DNA of 64,000 bases from Eledone cirrhosa (GCA_964016885.1 OZ024740.1:388864001-388928000); one strand, 5' to 3'; shown: positions 28,173-42,585, counted from the stretch's first letter. The notes: generated by a model not told the origin, from the letters alone. Program-made: numbers and translations.

Positions 28173-29529
28173 TATATTTAGTTTGATTTATAATTATTTG
28201 GGAAACTAGCCGATAAATCTTTCGATTTCTTCTTTTTATTCTTCTTTTTATTTTTATTTATTTTTATTTAAACATTCTTCATGAAAAATTAAACTACCCT
28301 AAAAGTTGATGCTCCAAATATTTCGAATAAACGTTACACTAGATAAACTTCTATATTAAATATAAGAACACATGTAGACCAAATGGGCATCCTAAACTTT
28401 TTGAAATGATTTTTGCTAGACGCGATTTGATAAATAATTTTTAGCTTTATCTGTTTTCGACTCTGATGCTTATAGTGAACTTGGCAATATATTGTCAATT
28501 AATTTTGAAGGGTTGATCTTTGTGGTCGATCTGCGTGGCATATTATGTTTCTATTATGTTTTTATTTTTATTATTGTAATATTTTCTAATATTTTTATTT
28601 TTAATATGTAATATTTTTTAATATGTAATATTTTTTAGTTTTCTATTTTATTATTATTTATTATTATTATTATTATTATTTTTAGTTTTTGTTTCTGATA
28701 TTTTTTATTAATATATTGAAATCTGTTCTCTATTTCTGCTTGATAGATAATCATGTAGAGTAAAGACAAGAATAGTATTGTTAAAATTAATATAGACTCT
28801 ATATATATGTGTATATATATACACATATATGTATACTTAAATTTTTATAGCACAATGAGAATGTTCTCCGTGTGAAATAGGGGTTTGCAGAGTTGATCAC
28901 GTAAATTCACATCGATGTTTGTAGTTATCATATAAACATATGAATTTTTAAAACTAAACATAAGATCATTACTTTTCACACATTATGGATGCGTGTCTCA
29001 TTCAGGAATACTGATATTTACATTATGGTGCCTGGTTTTTATACGTACTAATATTTCTACGTTTAGGGTTTTTAAATTATGCCTCGCCTATGTCTGGTTA
29101 CTTTTCATTTTTCTCTCTATATAACGGCTGGTTTCTTTCCTAACCACATATATCTCCCTTACATTAATACTAGAGCTAAATAAATAAATAAATAAATAAA
29201 TGTATCATTGATACGTTCATTCAACGGATGTCCAACTACCTACTTTTTTCTCTCTATATATGTCTATCTCTATCTATTTCCTCTCTCTATATATATCTCT
29301 CTCTGTTTCTTTACATGAAGTTCTTCTCTTTATCTATCTTTCCATCTCTCTATTTTGTTGCATGCATTTCTTCTTTTTCTTCTTTTTCTTCGTTTTCTTT
29401 CTTTCTTTCTTTCTTTCTCTCTTTCTTTCTTTCTGTTTACAATTTTTCACTGCCAAATCAACTTTTTCAAATACAAGTCGATGTTGAACGGTATGTCAAA
29501 TCTATTTAGCTATAAAACTGTTTATATTG

Positions 29530-29595
29530 TATTTTGTCTGAGGAAGGCATAACATATTGTTAATATGATATCCCTGAAATATATATAATGAAATA
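29530..29595 (+). ncRNA. Family B minimal type I hammerhead ribozyme
   Basis: TATTTTGT-CTGAGGA-[AGGCATAACATATT GTT AATATGATATCCCT]-GAA-ATATATAT-A/ATGAAATA. Palindromic helix III; predicted cut after 29587. Confidence 0.75.
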
Positions 29596-29766
29596 AATAT
29601 GGTTTTATAAATATAGTTTCCATTTATTTAATATCGTAAATATACTCCAAATACTTGTTGAGTGCTTTTATATCAGTTATAAATATTTACTAGTTGTAAC
29701 CCAACAATTTAAATATAACTTTCCATATATATATATAAACAAGTAAAATATAAAATATACATCGAT

Positions 29767-29799
<33 letters not shown>

Positions 29800-29943
29800 C
29801 ATACATATACATACACATATACATAAACACATACATACACATACATATACATACACACACCATATATATACACATACACACACGCGCATACATATAGAGA
29901 CACATACATATACACATATAAATACATAGACATATACATATAT

Positions 29944-29988
<45 letters not shown>

Positions 29989-30008
29989 CATATATACATA
30001 CATTCACA

Positions 30009-30068
<60 letters not shown>

Positions 30069-30109
30069 ATAAATACACTCATGTATATACACATATACAC
30101 ATACATACC

Positions 30110-30185
<76 letters not shown>

Positions 30186-30192
30186 CATATAC

Positions 30193-30225
<33 letters not shown>

Positions 30226-30295
30226 CATACACACGCACATGTACACATACACATATACACAAAGATATATATATATACACACACGTACATTATAA

Positions 30296-30328
<33 letters not shown>

Positions 30329-30624
30329 TATACATACATACATATATATACTCATACATAGACATACATATATACACACACACATACACACATACATATA
30401 CGCATATATACACATACATACACATCCATGTATGCGTATACACATACAAACACAACCACACGCTCACACAACTCAGACATACATAAATAAAGGGATATAC
30501 ATACACATATATACATATATAAATAGAGATATATATACACATATAAATACATACACACATACACACACACACACATATACATACACATACATAGATACAT
30601 ACATACATATACATACACACACAC

Positions 30625-30657
<33 letters not shown>

Positions 30658-30785
30658 CATATATATACATATATATAAAAATAAAGAAATAAAAAAATAA
30701 AAAAATAAAAGAAGTAAATAAATAAATAAATTAATACACCCAGTCAGACAAATATGCACACACATACATATATATATATATACAC

Positions 30786-30852
<67 letters not shown>

Positions 30853-30898
30853 CATATACATACACATATATATATACACATACACACATCAACTACAA

Positions 30899-30989
<91 letters not shown>

Positions 30990-31043
30990 TAAAAAAATAA
31001 TGAATAAAACAATGAAACAGTTCCTTATATTAAACAAAAAAAG

Positions 31044-31195
31044 TTCATTATTTAACGATCGTTTCTAGGATATATGTGTTAGAATTGGCATGCATATTCA
31101 ACAGATCTATGTACAAAATTATACAAAATTATACAAACTATCAAAATTAAATATACATACCAACACATATATAAGCCGTCTTCAGAAGTAATGAA
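31044..31195 (-). ncRNA. Family A hammerhead ribozyme with long stem II (copy 2)
   Basis: Reverse complement of the motif at 36934-37087. Confidence 0.7.
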
Positions 31196-31363
31196 ATATA
31201 TTTATTGATAATAACAACAATTCAAAATTACAGGTCTGTTTGGGAACAGAGTTCAAATTGACCAATGAAAATACAAAAAGTGTATACAGTTAGGTGTGTG
31301 TATATATGCAATTAACTTCGTTCACAGATGTGCATAAAGATATATGTTCACATGCATACGCAT

Positions 31364-33578
31364 GAGAAAGACCTTTTTAATTTAATTAAACACCTCAAAT
31401 TTAAAAAGTATAAATCTGTCTTTCAAAAGGACCTTGATTCTACCCTATTGGACCTAAAAAAGTCTAAAAAAATCCATGTCCACTCGGACAAAACTGGTAA
31501 CTTGTATCACATGGATATTGAAGATTATAATGAGTTCATATATAAAGAACTCAGGAAAAATTATAAAAAATCTAATAATGCGTCACTCAGCAACATCAAC
31601 AACAAAACACACAACATAGTAAAAAAACTAAACATTGAAGATAGAACTGAACCTTTGGCATTGAAAAGACCACACTTCAACCTGAAGGATCATAAATCAA
31701 ACTTTAACTCAAATCCTTCTATAAGACTTATATGTCCCTCCAAATCTGATATTGGAATAATTAGCAAAAAAATTTTGGATAGAGTCATCCCACAAATAAG
31801 AAAACACGTTATTTTACCACTCTGGGAAAACACTTCCCAGGTAATTAACTGGTTTAAAAATATTAGATGTAAATCTTCTGCTTCATTTCTACAATTTGAT
31901 ATAGATAATTACTATTCTTCTATATCACCTATACTCCTGAACAAAGCATTGATATTTGCTAAAAATAGATCTAACTTAACTTTGGATGACATTAATATTA
32001 TTACACATGCTAGACTAACACTTATTGAATTTCAGAATGAATACTGGACCAGAAACACATATAGTAATCTATTTGATATTACTATGGGTTCAAGCGATTC
32101 CGCCCAAATTACTGATCTTGTGGGCCTCTTTCTCCTTTTCAACATAAATGCCTCCTTTCCCCACCTTAAAGGTGGTTTATATCGTGATGACTTTCTTCTT
32201 CTTTCCAACAACCTTAGCCTTTCAGAAATAGAAAAAAACAAAAAGCATATTAGAACTTTCCTTAAAGACTATTATAGTCTTCATATTACTTTTGAAAAAA
32301 CAAGTAAAGTAGTAAATTTCCTAGATATAACTTTAGACTTAGCTACGGGTATCTACCAACCTTACCATAAACCCAACCAAAACTTACACTACATACACTC
32401 ACAATCTAATCACCCTAAATCTATCCTTAAAAACCTTGCATATAACATATCACTTAGAATTTCTAACCTTTCTTCTAACCAAGATGTATTTGATAAAAAT
32501 GCGACCTTCTATAACGAAGCTCTAGATAGAAGTGGCCACAAAAATAGATTAGAATATATACCTTCTACTAAAAATACTATAAACATACAACCTAATATTA
32601 CCAACAAACACCAAATGAAAAGTACACACCTAAATGCCACCCACACTATACCCCAAAATACCAACTCTTCTAATATAAACTATAGTAACTCTCAAAAAAC
32701 TACTCATCATACAACTCTAATAAATGTTAATAATAAAACTCCTAATAAACAAGATAAAACACCTAAATCTACAAATCTAACTAAAAATGTGCGTGGTGAG
32801 ATCATTAACATTAATCCTCCTAGTAAACATCACGATACAACCTATAAAAATAATAAACAACATAGAAACCGTAATAGACGGGTTACTTGGTATAATGCTC
32901 CATTTAATTTACAAATTAAGGATAATATTGCTAAAATAATTTTTTATATCCTAGAGAAAAACTTCCCGCCAAACCACAAATACCATCAAATCTTAAATAG
33001 GTCTACAGTTAAATTCTCATACTCAACAACAAATAACATAAAACAAAATATAAGTGCCTATAATGCATATAAATGTAAGAATACCATAAGTATACCACCA
33101 ATACATCAAACTAACCATAATATCTCCTCAAATACAGAATTAACGAAAGGTTGTAACTGTAGAAACAAAGCAAACTGCCCATTAAAAGGAAATTGTCTTG
33201 TTAACAACATAGTTTATAAATGTAATGTTAAAACTAAAGATTCTATTTGCTCATATATAGGAGCTACTTCTAACAATTTTAAGGCAAGGTTTAATACCCA
33301 CAAACATAGTTTTAAAAATGCCGCACTGGCTAATACAACATCTCTAGCAGAAAAAATCAATAGTTATAAAAATAAGAATATAGAATATGATATGACCTGG
33401 AGTGTGCTCAAAAGAGCCACCCCTTATCTAAAATAATAGAAATGAATGTAGATTATGTTCCCAAGAACTATTTGAAATAATGAAATCTAAGGATATCCTA
33501 TTAAATAAACGACAGGAATTAATTATATCGTGTAATCATATACTAAGAAAAACATTTAAATATTATAAACCTAATTAA
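31364..33578 (+). pseudogene. PLE RT-GIY-YIG ORF, 5'-truncated, frameshift near 33429
   Basis: Motifs QFDIDNYY, MGSSDSA, LYRDD, CNCRNKANCPLKGNCL, NIVY...YIGATS. The shifted frame continues NECRLCSQE...ISCNH to TAA at 33576-33578. Confidence 0.9.
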
Positions 33579-34773
33579 TAACATTATTTTAGAAATTAAT
33601 ATATAATTTAATTTAAATGTTAGTTAACCTATAAATTTAATTTAATTAAAATTCTACTACAGATGAGATTATAAAATATTGTGTAATCATAAATTGTGAA
33701 AAAATTTTAAATATTACTAATATACACTTCGTAAATTAACTTATAGATTAATTTTAATTTATTTAACCTTTTATTAAAATTCCTTTACAGATAAAATATA
33801 ACAAAATATCGTGTATTCAATGACAGAGAAATAATTTTTAGTATTATAGACCTAATTAATGTACATTTTAGAAATATATTTATAATTTGGTTTTAAATTT
33901 GGTTAACCTAAAAATTTAATTTAATTGGCTTAAAATTAATATCCTAATACAGATGGATTGCAGAGTGTCATGTAATCATAGACTGAGATAGGTTTTGGAT
34001 GTATACCTAGTTAATATATTCTTTGCAATTTTTGAAAAAATATGTATATGTATGTATGTATATGTATATATGTGTGTATATATATATATATGTATATGTA
34101 TATATATATGTATATGTGTATGTATTAATTTTAATTTCTGTTTACCTATAATTATATTCTACTATAGATAAAATACAATATCTGTTTTAATTATTATAAA
34201 CCTAATTAACATATACTATAGAAATTAATATATAATTTTTAATTTAGTTAACCTATAATTGATATTCTACTACCGATGTAATACTTTATTTGTTTTTTTC
34301 CCTATTACTAAATTCATTTCCTAATATTGATACTATAACGTTAATAATTTTAATTTAGTTATACTATAATTAATACTCTACTACTATTTAACTTCAAAAT
34401 TCCGCTTCAAATATTATAAACCTAAGTAGTATAAACCTTAGAAATCAATATATTAACTATCTTTAATTTAGTTAACCTATAATTAATGGTATACTTATAT
34501 TGAAATGCATGATTTTGCCTTCTTTCTTACATTTCCTAATACAGAAACTACTATGTAAACACATATTATGATCTAAATGCAGATTAATATTCTATGTTTC
34601 TTGAAACCTATATTTACTATAATCCCCCCCCCCCCTTTTCCCCCCCCCTACTATTATTATTTGTATTTGTAAGCGTGAATGTATGTATGTATACGTAGGT
34701 AGGTATGTATGTTTGGGTGTTTGTATGTGAGTATAAAAATACATATGTGCGCATGTAAATAAGGGTGTATGAT

Positions 34774-34824
<51 letters not shown>

Positions 34825-34994
34825 ATATATGTGTATGTATATATATGTGTATATATGTATGTATCTATGTATTTATGTGGGTATATGTGTGTATGTATAT
34901 GTATGCACATGTATATGTCTATGTGTATATGTGTGTATGTGTATATATGTACGTATGTGCGCATGTATATGTGAGTGTGTGTATATATATATAT

Positions 34995-35056
<62 letters not shown>

Positions 35057-35090
35057 AGTTGATGTGTGTATGTGTATATATATATGTATG

Positions 35091-35139
<49 letters not shown>

Positions 35140-35248
35140 GTGTATGTATATATATATGTATATGTATGTGTGTGCATATTTGTCTGACTGTGTGTATTAA
35201 TTTATTTATTTATTTTATTTCTTTATTTTTTTTATATATATGTATGTG

Positions 35249-35279
<31 letters not shown>

Positions 35280-35643
35280 GTGTATATATGTGTGTATATA
35301 TATATATATATGTGTATGTGTGTGTATGTGTATGTGTGTGTATATATATGTATGTGTGTATGTATGTGTATGTATGTGTGTTTGTGTGTGTACGTGTGTA
35401 TATATTTATATATGTATATGTATCTCTATTTATATATGCATATATGTGTATGTATATCCCTTTATTTATGTATGTCTGAGTTGTGTGAGCGTGTAGTGGT
35501 GTTTGTATGTATATACGCATATATGGATGTGTATGTATGTGTATATATGCGTATATGTATGTGTGTATGTGTGTGTGAGTATATATGTATGTCTATGTAT
35601 GAGTATGTATGTGTGTGTATGTATGTGAGTATATATATATATA

Positions 35644-35690
<47 letters not shown>

Positions 35691-35768
35691 TATATGTGTG
35701 TGTATGTGTGTATATATATCTTTATATATGTGTATGTGTATGTGTGTGTATGTATGTGTGTATATATG

Positions 35769-35833
<65 letters not shown>

Positions 35834-35947
35834 GTATGTGTATATATATGTGTGTATGTATGTGTGTATATATATATATATATATTTATATGTGGGTATG
35901 TATGTGTATGTGTGTATATACATGAGTGTGTTTATGTATGTGTGTAG

Positions 35948-35989
<42 letters not shown>

Positions 35990-36196
35990 TGTGAATGTAT
36001 ATATATATATATGTATGCGTGTATGTGTGTATATATATATATGTGTGTATATGTGTATATGTCTATGTATTTATATGTGTATATGTATGTGTCTCTATAT
36101 GTATGCGTGTGTGTATGTGTATTTATATGGTGTGTGTATTTATATGTATGTGTATGTATGTGTTTGTGTATATGTGTATGTATGTGTATGTGTGTG

Positions 36197-36334
<138 letters not shown>

Positions 36335-36933
36335 CTTGATATATTTCTTTTTTCTTTTCCTTTTCTTTTCTTTTCATTTCTAAATTTATAGATACATTTA
36401 TAAATAGGCAGTCTGCTGACACCGGTGTATACTGACCTTCCTCCCCCCCTTACCTACCTTCTGTATCTGGATCTAAATATGTGTGGCAGTGTTTATGTGC
36501 GCGCATTAATGTCCATATGCTTATGATAATAGTATATACACATATATATGTGTGTGGGGCTGTGTGTGTGTATGTATGTTCGTGGTTGTGTGTATGTTTA
36601 TGCGTATGCGTGCGTGTGTGTGTGAATGTACGTATATGTGTGAGTATATGAATGTGTGTATATATTTGTTTTTATATTTATATGTATATAAGTATTTTAT
36701 CTGTAGATTATAAACATACAGAGACATTAGCCTTGAATTTTTGTATTTACATACATCTTTTTGGCATGCGTATGCATGTGAACATATATCTTTATGCATA
36801 TCTGTGAACGAAGTTAATTGCATATATACACACACCTAACTGTATAAACTTTTTGTATTTTCATTGGTCAATTTGAACTCTGTTCCCAAACAGACCTGTA
36901 ATTTTGAATTGTTGTTATTATCAATAAATATAT

Positions 36934-37087
36934 TTCATTATTTCTGAAGACCGCTTATATATGTGTTGGTATGTATATTTAATTTTGATAGTTTGTATAA
37001 TTTTGTATAATTTTGTACATAGATCTGTTGAATATGCATGCCAATTCTAACACATATATATCCTAGAAACGATCGTTAAATAATGAA
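36934..37087 (+). ncRNA. Family A hammerhead ribozyme with ~115-nt stem II (copy 3)
   Basis: TTCATTATTT-CTGAAGA-[long hairpin]-GAA-ACGATCGT-T/AAATAATGAA. Perfect 10-bp stem I and 8-nt palindromic helix III; predicted cut after 37077. Confidence 0.75.
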
Positions 37088-37280
37088 CTTTTTTGTTTAA
37101 TATAAGGAACTGTTTCATTGTTTTATTCATTATTTTTTTAATATTTTATCTTGACTCTGTATTCCATTTATCTTTCACCGAAAGTGATTTTTCATTGCAT
37201 CTCTTCTTTCCATGATATCCGGATTACATTGAGTTCTTCATACGGATTGGACACTACCGTAAACTCTTGGTAGATTTATC

Positions 37281-37329
<49 letters not shown>

Positions 37330-37450
37330 TCACATATACATGCACATATACGTACATATATACACATACACACATATATACACATAGACGTATACATGCG
37401 CATACATATACATACACACATATATCCACATAAATACATAGATACATATA

Positions 37451-37482
<32 letters not shown>

Positions 37483-38151
37483 CATATATATATATATACA
37501 TACAATCATACACCCTTATTTACATGCGCACATATGTATTTTTATACTCACATACAAACACCCAAACATACATACCTACCTATACATACATCCACGCTTA
37601 CAAATACAAATAATAATAGGGGGGGAGGGGGGGATTATAGTAAATATAGGTTTCAAGAAACATAGAATATTAATCTGCATTTAGATCATAATATGTGTTT
37701 ACATAGTAGTTTTAATATTAGGAAATGTAAGAAAGAAGGCAAAATTATGCATTTTAATATAAGTAGACTATTAATTATAGGTTAACTAAATTAAAGATAG
37801 TTAATATATTGATTTCTAAGGTGTATTCTACTTAGGTTTATAATATTTGAAGCGGAATTTTGAAGTTAAATAGTAGTAGAGTATTAATTATAGTATAACT
37901 AAATTAAAATTATTAACGTTATGGTATCAATATTAGGAAATGAATTTAGTAATAGGGAAAAAAACCAAATAAAGTATTACATCGGTAGTAGAATATAAAT
38001 TATAGGTTAACTAAATTAAAAATTATATATTAATTTTTATAGTATATGTTAATTAGGTTTATAATAATTAAAACAGATATTGTATTTTATCTATAGTAGA
38101 ATATAATTATAGGTAAACAAAAATTAAAATTAATATATACACACATATATA

Positions 38152-38243
<92 letters not shown>

Positions 38244-38720
38244 CATATATATATACATATTTTTTCAAAAATTGCAAAGAATATATTAACTAGGTATACA
38301 TCTAAAACCTATCTCAGTCTATGATTACATGACACTCTGCAATCCATCTGTATTAGGATTTTAATTTTAAGCCAATTAAATTAAATTTTTAGGCTAACCA
38401 AATTAAAACCAAATTATAAATATATTTCTAAATTGTACATTAATTAGGTCTATAATATTAAAAAATATTTCTCTGTCATTGAATACACGATATTTTGTTA
38501 TATTTTATCTGTAAAGGAATTTTAATAAAAGGTTAAATAAATTAAAATTAATCTATAAATTAATTTACAAAGTATATATTAGTAATATTTAAAAGTTTTT
38601 CACAATTTATGATTACACAATATTTTATAATCTCATCTGTAGTAGAGTTTTAATTAAATTAAATTTATAGGTTAACTAACATTTAAATTAAATTATATAT
38701 TAATATCTAAAATAATGTTA

Positions 38721-41163
38721 TTAATTAGGTTTATAATATTTAAATGTTTTTCTTAGTTTATGATTACACGATATAATTAATTCCTGTCGTTTATTTAATA
38801 GGATATCCTTAGATTTCATTATTTCAAATAGTTCTTGGGAACATAATCTACATTCATTTCAATTATTTTGATAAGGGGTGGCTCTTTTGAGCACACTCCA
38901 GGTCATATCATATTCTATATTCTTATTTTTATAACTATTGATTTTTTTCTGCTAGAGATGTTGTATTAGCCAGTGCGGCATTTTTAAAACTATGTTTGTG
39001 GGTATTAAACCTTACCTTAAAATTGTTAGAAGTAGCTCCTATATATGAGCAAATAGAATCTTTAGTTTTAACATTACATTTATAAACTATGTTGTTAACA
39101 AGACAATTTCCTTTTAATGGGCAGTTTGCTTTGTTTCTACAGTTACAACCTTTCGTTAATTCTGTATTTGAGGAGATATTATGGTTAGTTTGATGTATTG
39201 GTGGTATACTTATGGTATTCTTACATTTATATGCATTATAGGCACTTATATTTTGTTTTATGTTATTGGTTGTTGAGTATGAGAATTTAACTGTAGACCT
39301 ATTTAAGATTTGATGGTATTTGTGGTTTGGCGGGAAGTTTTTCTCTAGGATATAAAAAATTTTTTTAGCAATATTATCCTTAATTTGTAAATTAAATGGA
39401 GCATTATACCAAGTAACTCGTCTATTACGGTTTCTATGTTGTTTATTATTTTTATAGGTTGTATCGTGATGTTTACTAGGAGGATTAATGTTAATGATCT
39501 CACCACGCACATTTTTAGTTAGATTTATAGATTTAGGTGTTTTATCTTGTTTATTAGGAGTTTTATTATTAACATTTATTAGAGTTGTATGATGAGTAGT
39601 TTTTTGAGAGTTACTATACTTTATATTAGAAGAGTTGTTGGTATTTTTGGGTATAGTGTGGGTGGCATTTAGGTGTGTACTTTTTATTTGGTGTTTGTTG
39701 GTAATATTAGGTTGTATGTTTATAGTATTTTTATTTTTAGTAGAAGGTATATATTCTAATCTATTTTTGTGGCCACTTCTATCTAGAGCTTCATTATAGA
39801 AGGTCGCATTTTTATCAAATACATCTTGGTTAGAAGAAAGGTTAGAAATTCTAAGTGATATATTATATGCAAGGTTTTTAAGGATAGATTTAGGGTGATT
39901 AGATTGTGAGTGTATGTAGTGTAAGTTTTGGTTGGGTTTATGGTAAGGTTGGTAGATACCCGTAGCTAAGTCTAAAGTTATATCTAGGAAATTTACTACT
40001 TTACTTGTTTTTTCAAAAGTAATATGAAGACTATAATAGTCTTTAAGGAAAGTTCTAATATGCTTTTTGTTTTTTTCTATTTCTGAAAAGCTAAGGTTGT
40101 TGGAAAGAAGAAGACAGTCATCACGATATAAACCACCTTTAAGGTGGGGAAAGGAGGCATTTATGTTGAAAAGGAGAAAGAGGCCCACAAGATCAGTAAT
40201 TTGGGCGGAATCGCTTGAACCCATAGTAATATCAAATAGATTACTATATGTGTTTCTGGTCCAGTATTCATTCTGAAATTCAATAAGTGTTAGTCTAGCA
40301 TGTGTAATAATATTAATGTCATCCAAAGTTAAGTTAGATCTATTTTTAGCAAATATCAATGCTTTGTTCAGGAGTATAGGTGATATAGAAGAATAGTAAT
40401 TATCTATATCAAATTGTAGAAATGAAGCAGAAGATTTACATCTAATATTTTTAAACCAGTTAATTACCTGGGAAGTGTTTTCCCAGAGTGGTAAATTAAC
40501 GTGTTTTCTTATTTGTGGGATGACTCTATCCAAAATTTTTTTGCTAATTATTCCAATATCAGATTTGGAGGGACATATAAGTCTTATAGAAGGATTTGAG
40601 TTAAAGTTTGATTTATGATCCTTCAGGTTGAAGTGTGGTCTTTTCAATGCCAAAGGTTCAGTTCTATCTTCAATGTTTAGTTTTTTTACTATGTTGTGTG
40701 TTTTGTTGTTGATGTTGCTGAGTGACGCATTATTAGATTTTTTATAATTTTTCCTGAGTTCTTTATATATGAACTCATTATAATCTTCAATATCCATGTG
40801 ATACAAGTTACCAGTTTTGTCCGAGTGGACATGGATTTTTTTAGACTTTTTTAGGTCCAATAGGGTAGAATCAAGGTCCTTTTGAAAGACAGATTTATAC
40901 TTCTTAAATTTGAGGTGTTTAATTAAATTAAAAAGGTCTTTCTCAAAGTCTTCAAGTAAAGAGTTGTGTGGTGGATTCTTGTAAGTATTGAAATCATACA
41001 TATATTCCCTATCTGCATATTTAGATTTTTTATCGAAGTGATAGGACCTCCATCTAACTCTTCTGATAAATTGGTTGGTTTTTTTAATCATAAGGAGTAA
41101 GAAGTCATCCTTAGAAGGTATTGGTATATTCTTTAAAGAGGTTCCCAAGTATTGTTTTTCCAT
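38721..41163 (-). CDS. Near-intact PLE RT-GIY-YIG polyprotein (~810 aa, Hydra-clade-like); extra A near 38942 and in-frame TGA at 38859-38861
   Basis: MEKQYLGTSLKNIPIPS start, complete RT (LYRDD), CxC linker and GIY-YIG. The C-terminal CRLC...CNH is reached after correcting an A7/A6 homopolymer difference relative to A1. Confidence 0.88.
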
Positions 41164-41513
41164 TGTGATATGGATGATGGACAATTGAAAGAGCTCAACT
41201 AACTGTATATGGGTTTACAAAATCATGCATATATATGTATATACATAAATATAAAATTAACACACACATACAGTACAAAAATACGAATATTTCCGTGAAA
41301 ATAGGAGCAAAATTATGTAGATAAATCTACCAAGAGTTTACGGTAGTGTCCAATCCGTATGAAGAACTCAATGTAATCCGGATATCATGGAAAGAAGAGA
41401 TGCAATGAAAAATCACTTTCGGTGAAAGATAAACGGAATACAGAGTCAAGATAAAATATTAAAAAAATAATGAATAAAACAATGAAACAGTTCCTTATAT
41501 TAAACAAAAAAAG

Positions 41514-41667
41514 TTCATTATTTAACGATCGTTTCTGGGATATATATGTGTTAGAATTGGCATGTATATTTAACAGATCTATGTACAAAATTATACAAAA
41601 TTATACAAACTATCAAAATTAAATATACATACCAACTCATATATATGCCGTCTTCAGAAATAATGAA
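41514..41667 (-). ncRNA. Family A hammerhead ribozyme with long stem II (copy 4, upstream of the full-length ORF)
   Basis: Reverse complement of the motif at 36934-37087. Confidence 0.72.
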
Positions 41668-42263
41668 ATATATTTATTGATAATAACAACAATTCAAAAT
41701 TACAGGTCTGTTTGGGAACAGAGTTCAAATTGACCAATGGAAACACAAAAAGTTTATACAGTTAGGTGTGTGTATATATGTAAGTAACTTCGTTCACAGA
41801 TATGCATAAAAATATATATGTTCACATGCATACGCATGCCGAAAAGATGTATGTAAATACAAAAATTCAGGGCTAATGTCTCTGTATGTTTATAATCTAC
41901 AGATAAAATACATATACGCATATAAACATATAAATATAAAAATAAATATATACACATTCATATACTCACACATATACATACATTCACACACACACGCGCA
42001 TATACGCATAAACATACACACAACCACGAACATACATACACACACACACACTCACACACACATATATGTGTATATACTATTATCATAAGCATATGGACAT
42101 TAATGCGCGCACATAAACACTGCCACACATATTTAGATCCAGATACAGAAAGTAGGTGGGGGGGGGAAGAGGTCAGTATTTACTGGTGTCAGCAAACTGC
42201 CTATTTATAAATGTATCTATAAATTTAGAAATAAAAAGAAAAAGAAAAAAGAAAAATATTAAG

Positions 42264-42310
<47 letters not shown>

Positions 42311-42341
42311 AAGTAAAATATAAAATATACATCGATATACA

Positions 42342-42421
<80 letters not shown>

Positions 42422-42585
42422 CATATACATACACATATACATAAACACATACATACACATACATATACATACACACACCATATATATACACATACACACA
42501 CGCGCATACATATAGAGACACATACATATACACATATAAATACATAGACATATACATATATACACACATATATATATATATATAT

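Larger units (their letters stand above)
26521..29723 (+). mobile_element. PLE family B, right arm of palindrome
   Basis: 5'-truncated ORF followed by ~1.5 kb of 3' region carrying an HHR. Extends ~85 bp further than the left arm. Confidence 0.93.
37320..42585 (-). mobile_element. PLE family A copy A2 (upstream pLTR 41317-42585, full-length ORF, 3' UTR), tail-to-tail with A1
   Basis: Reverse complement of A1 over ORF and 3' UTR, plus an intact N-terminus and upstream pLTR. Confidence 0.92.
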
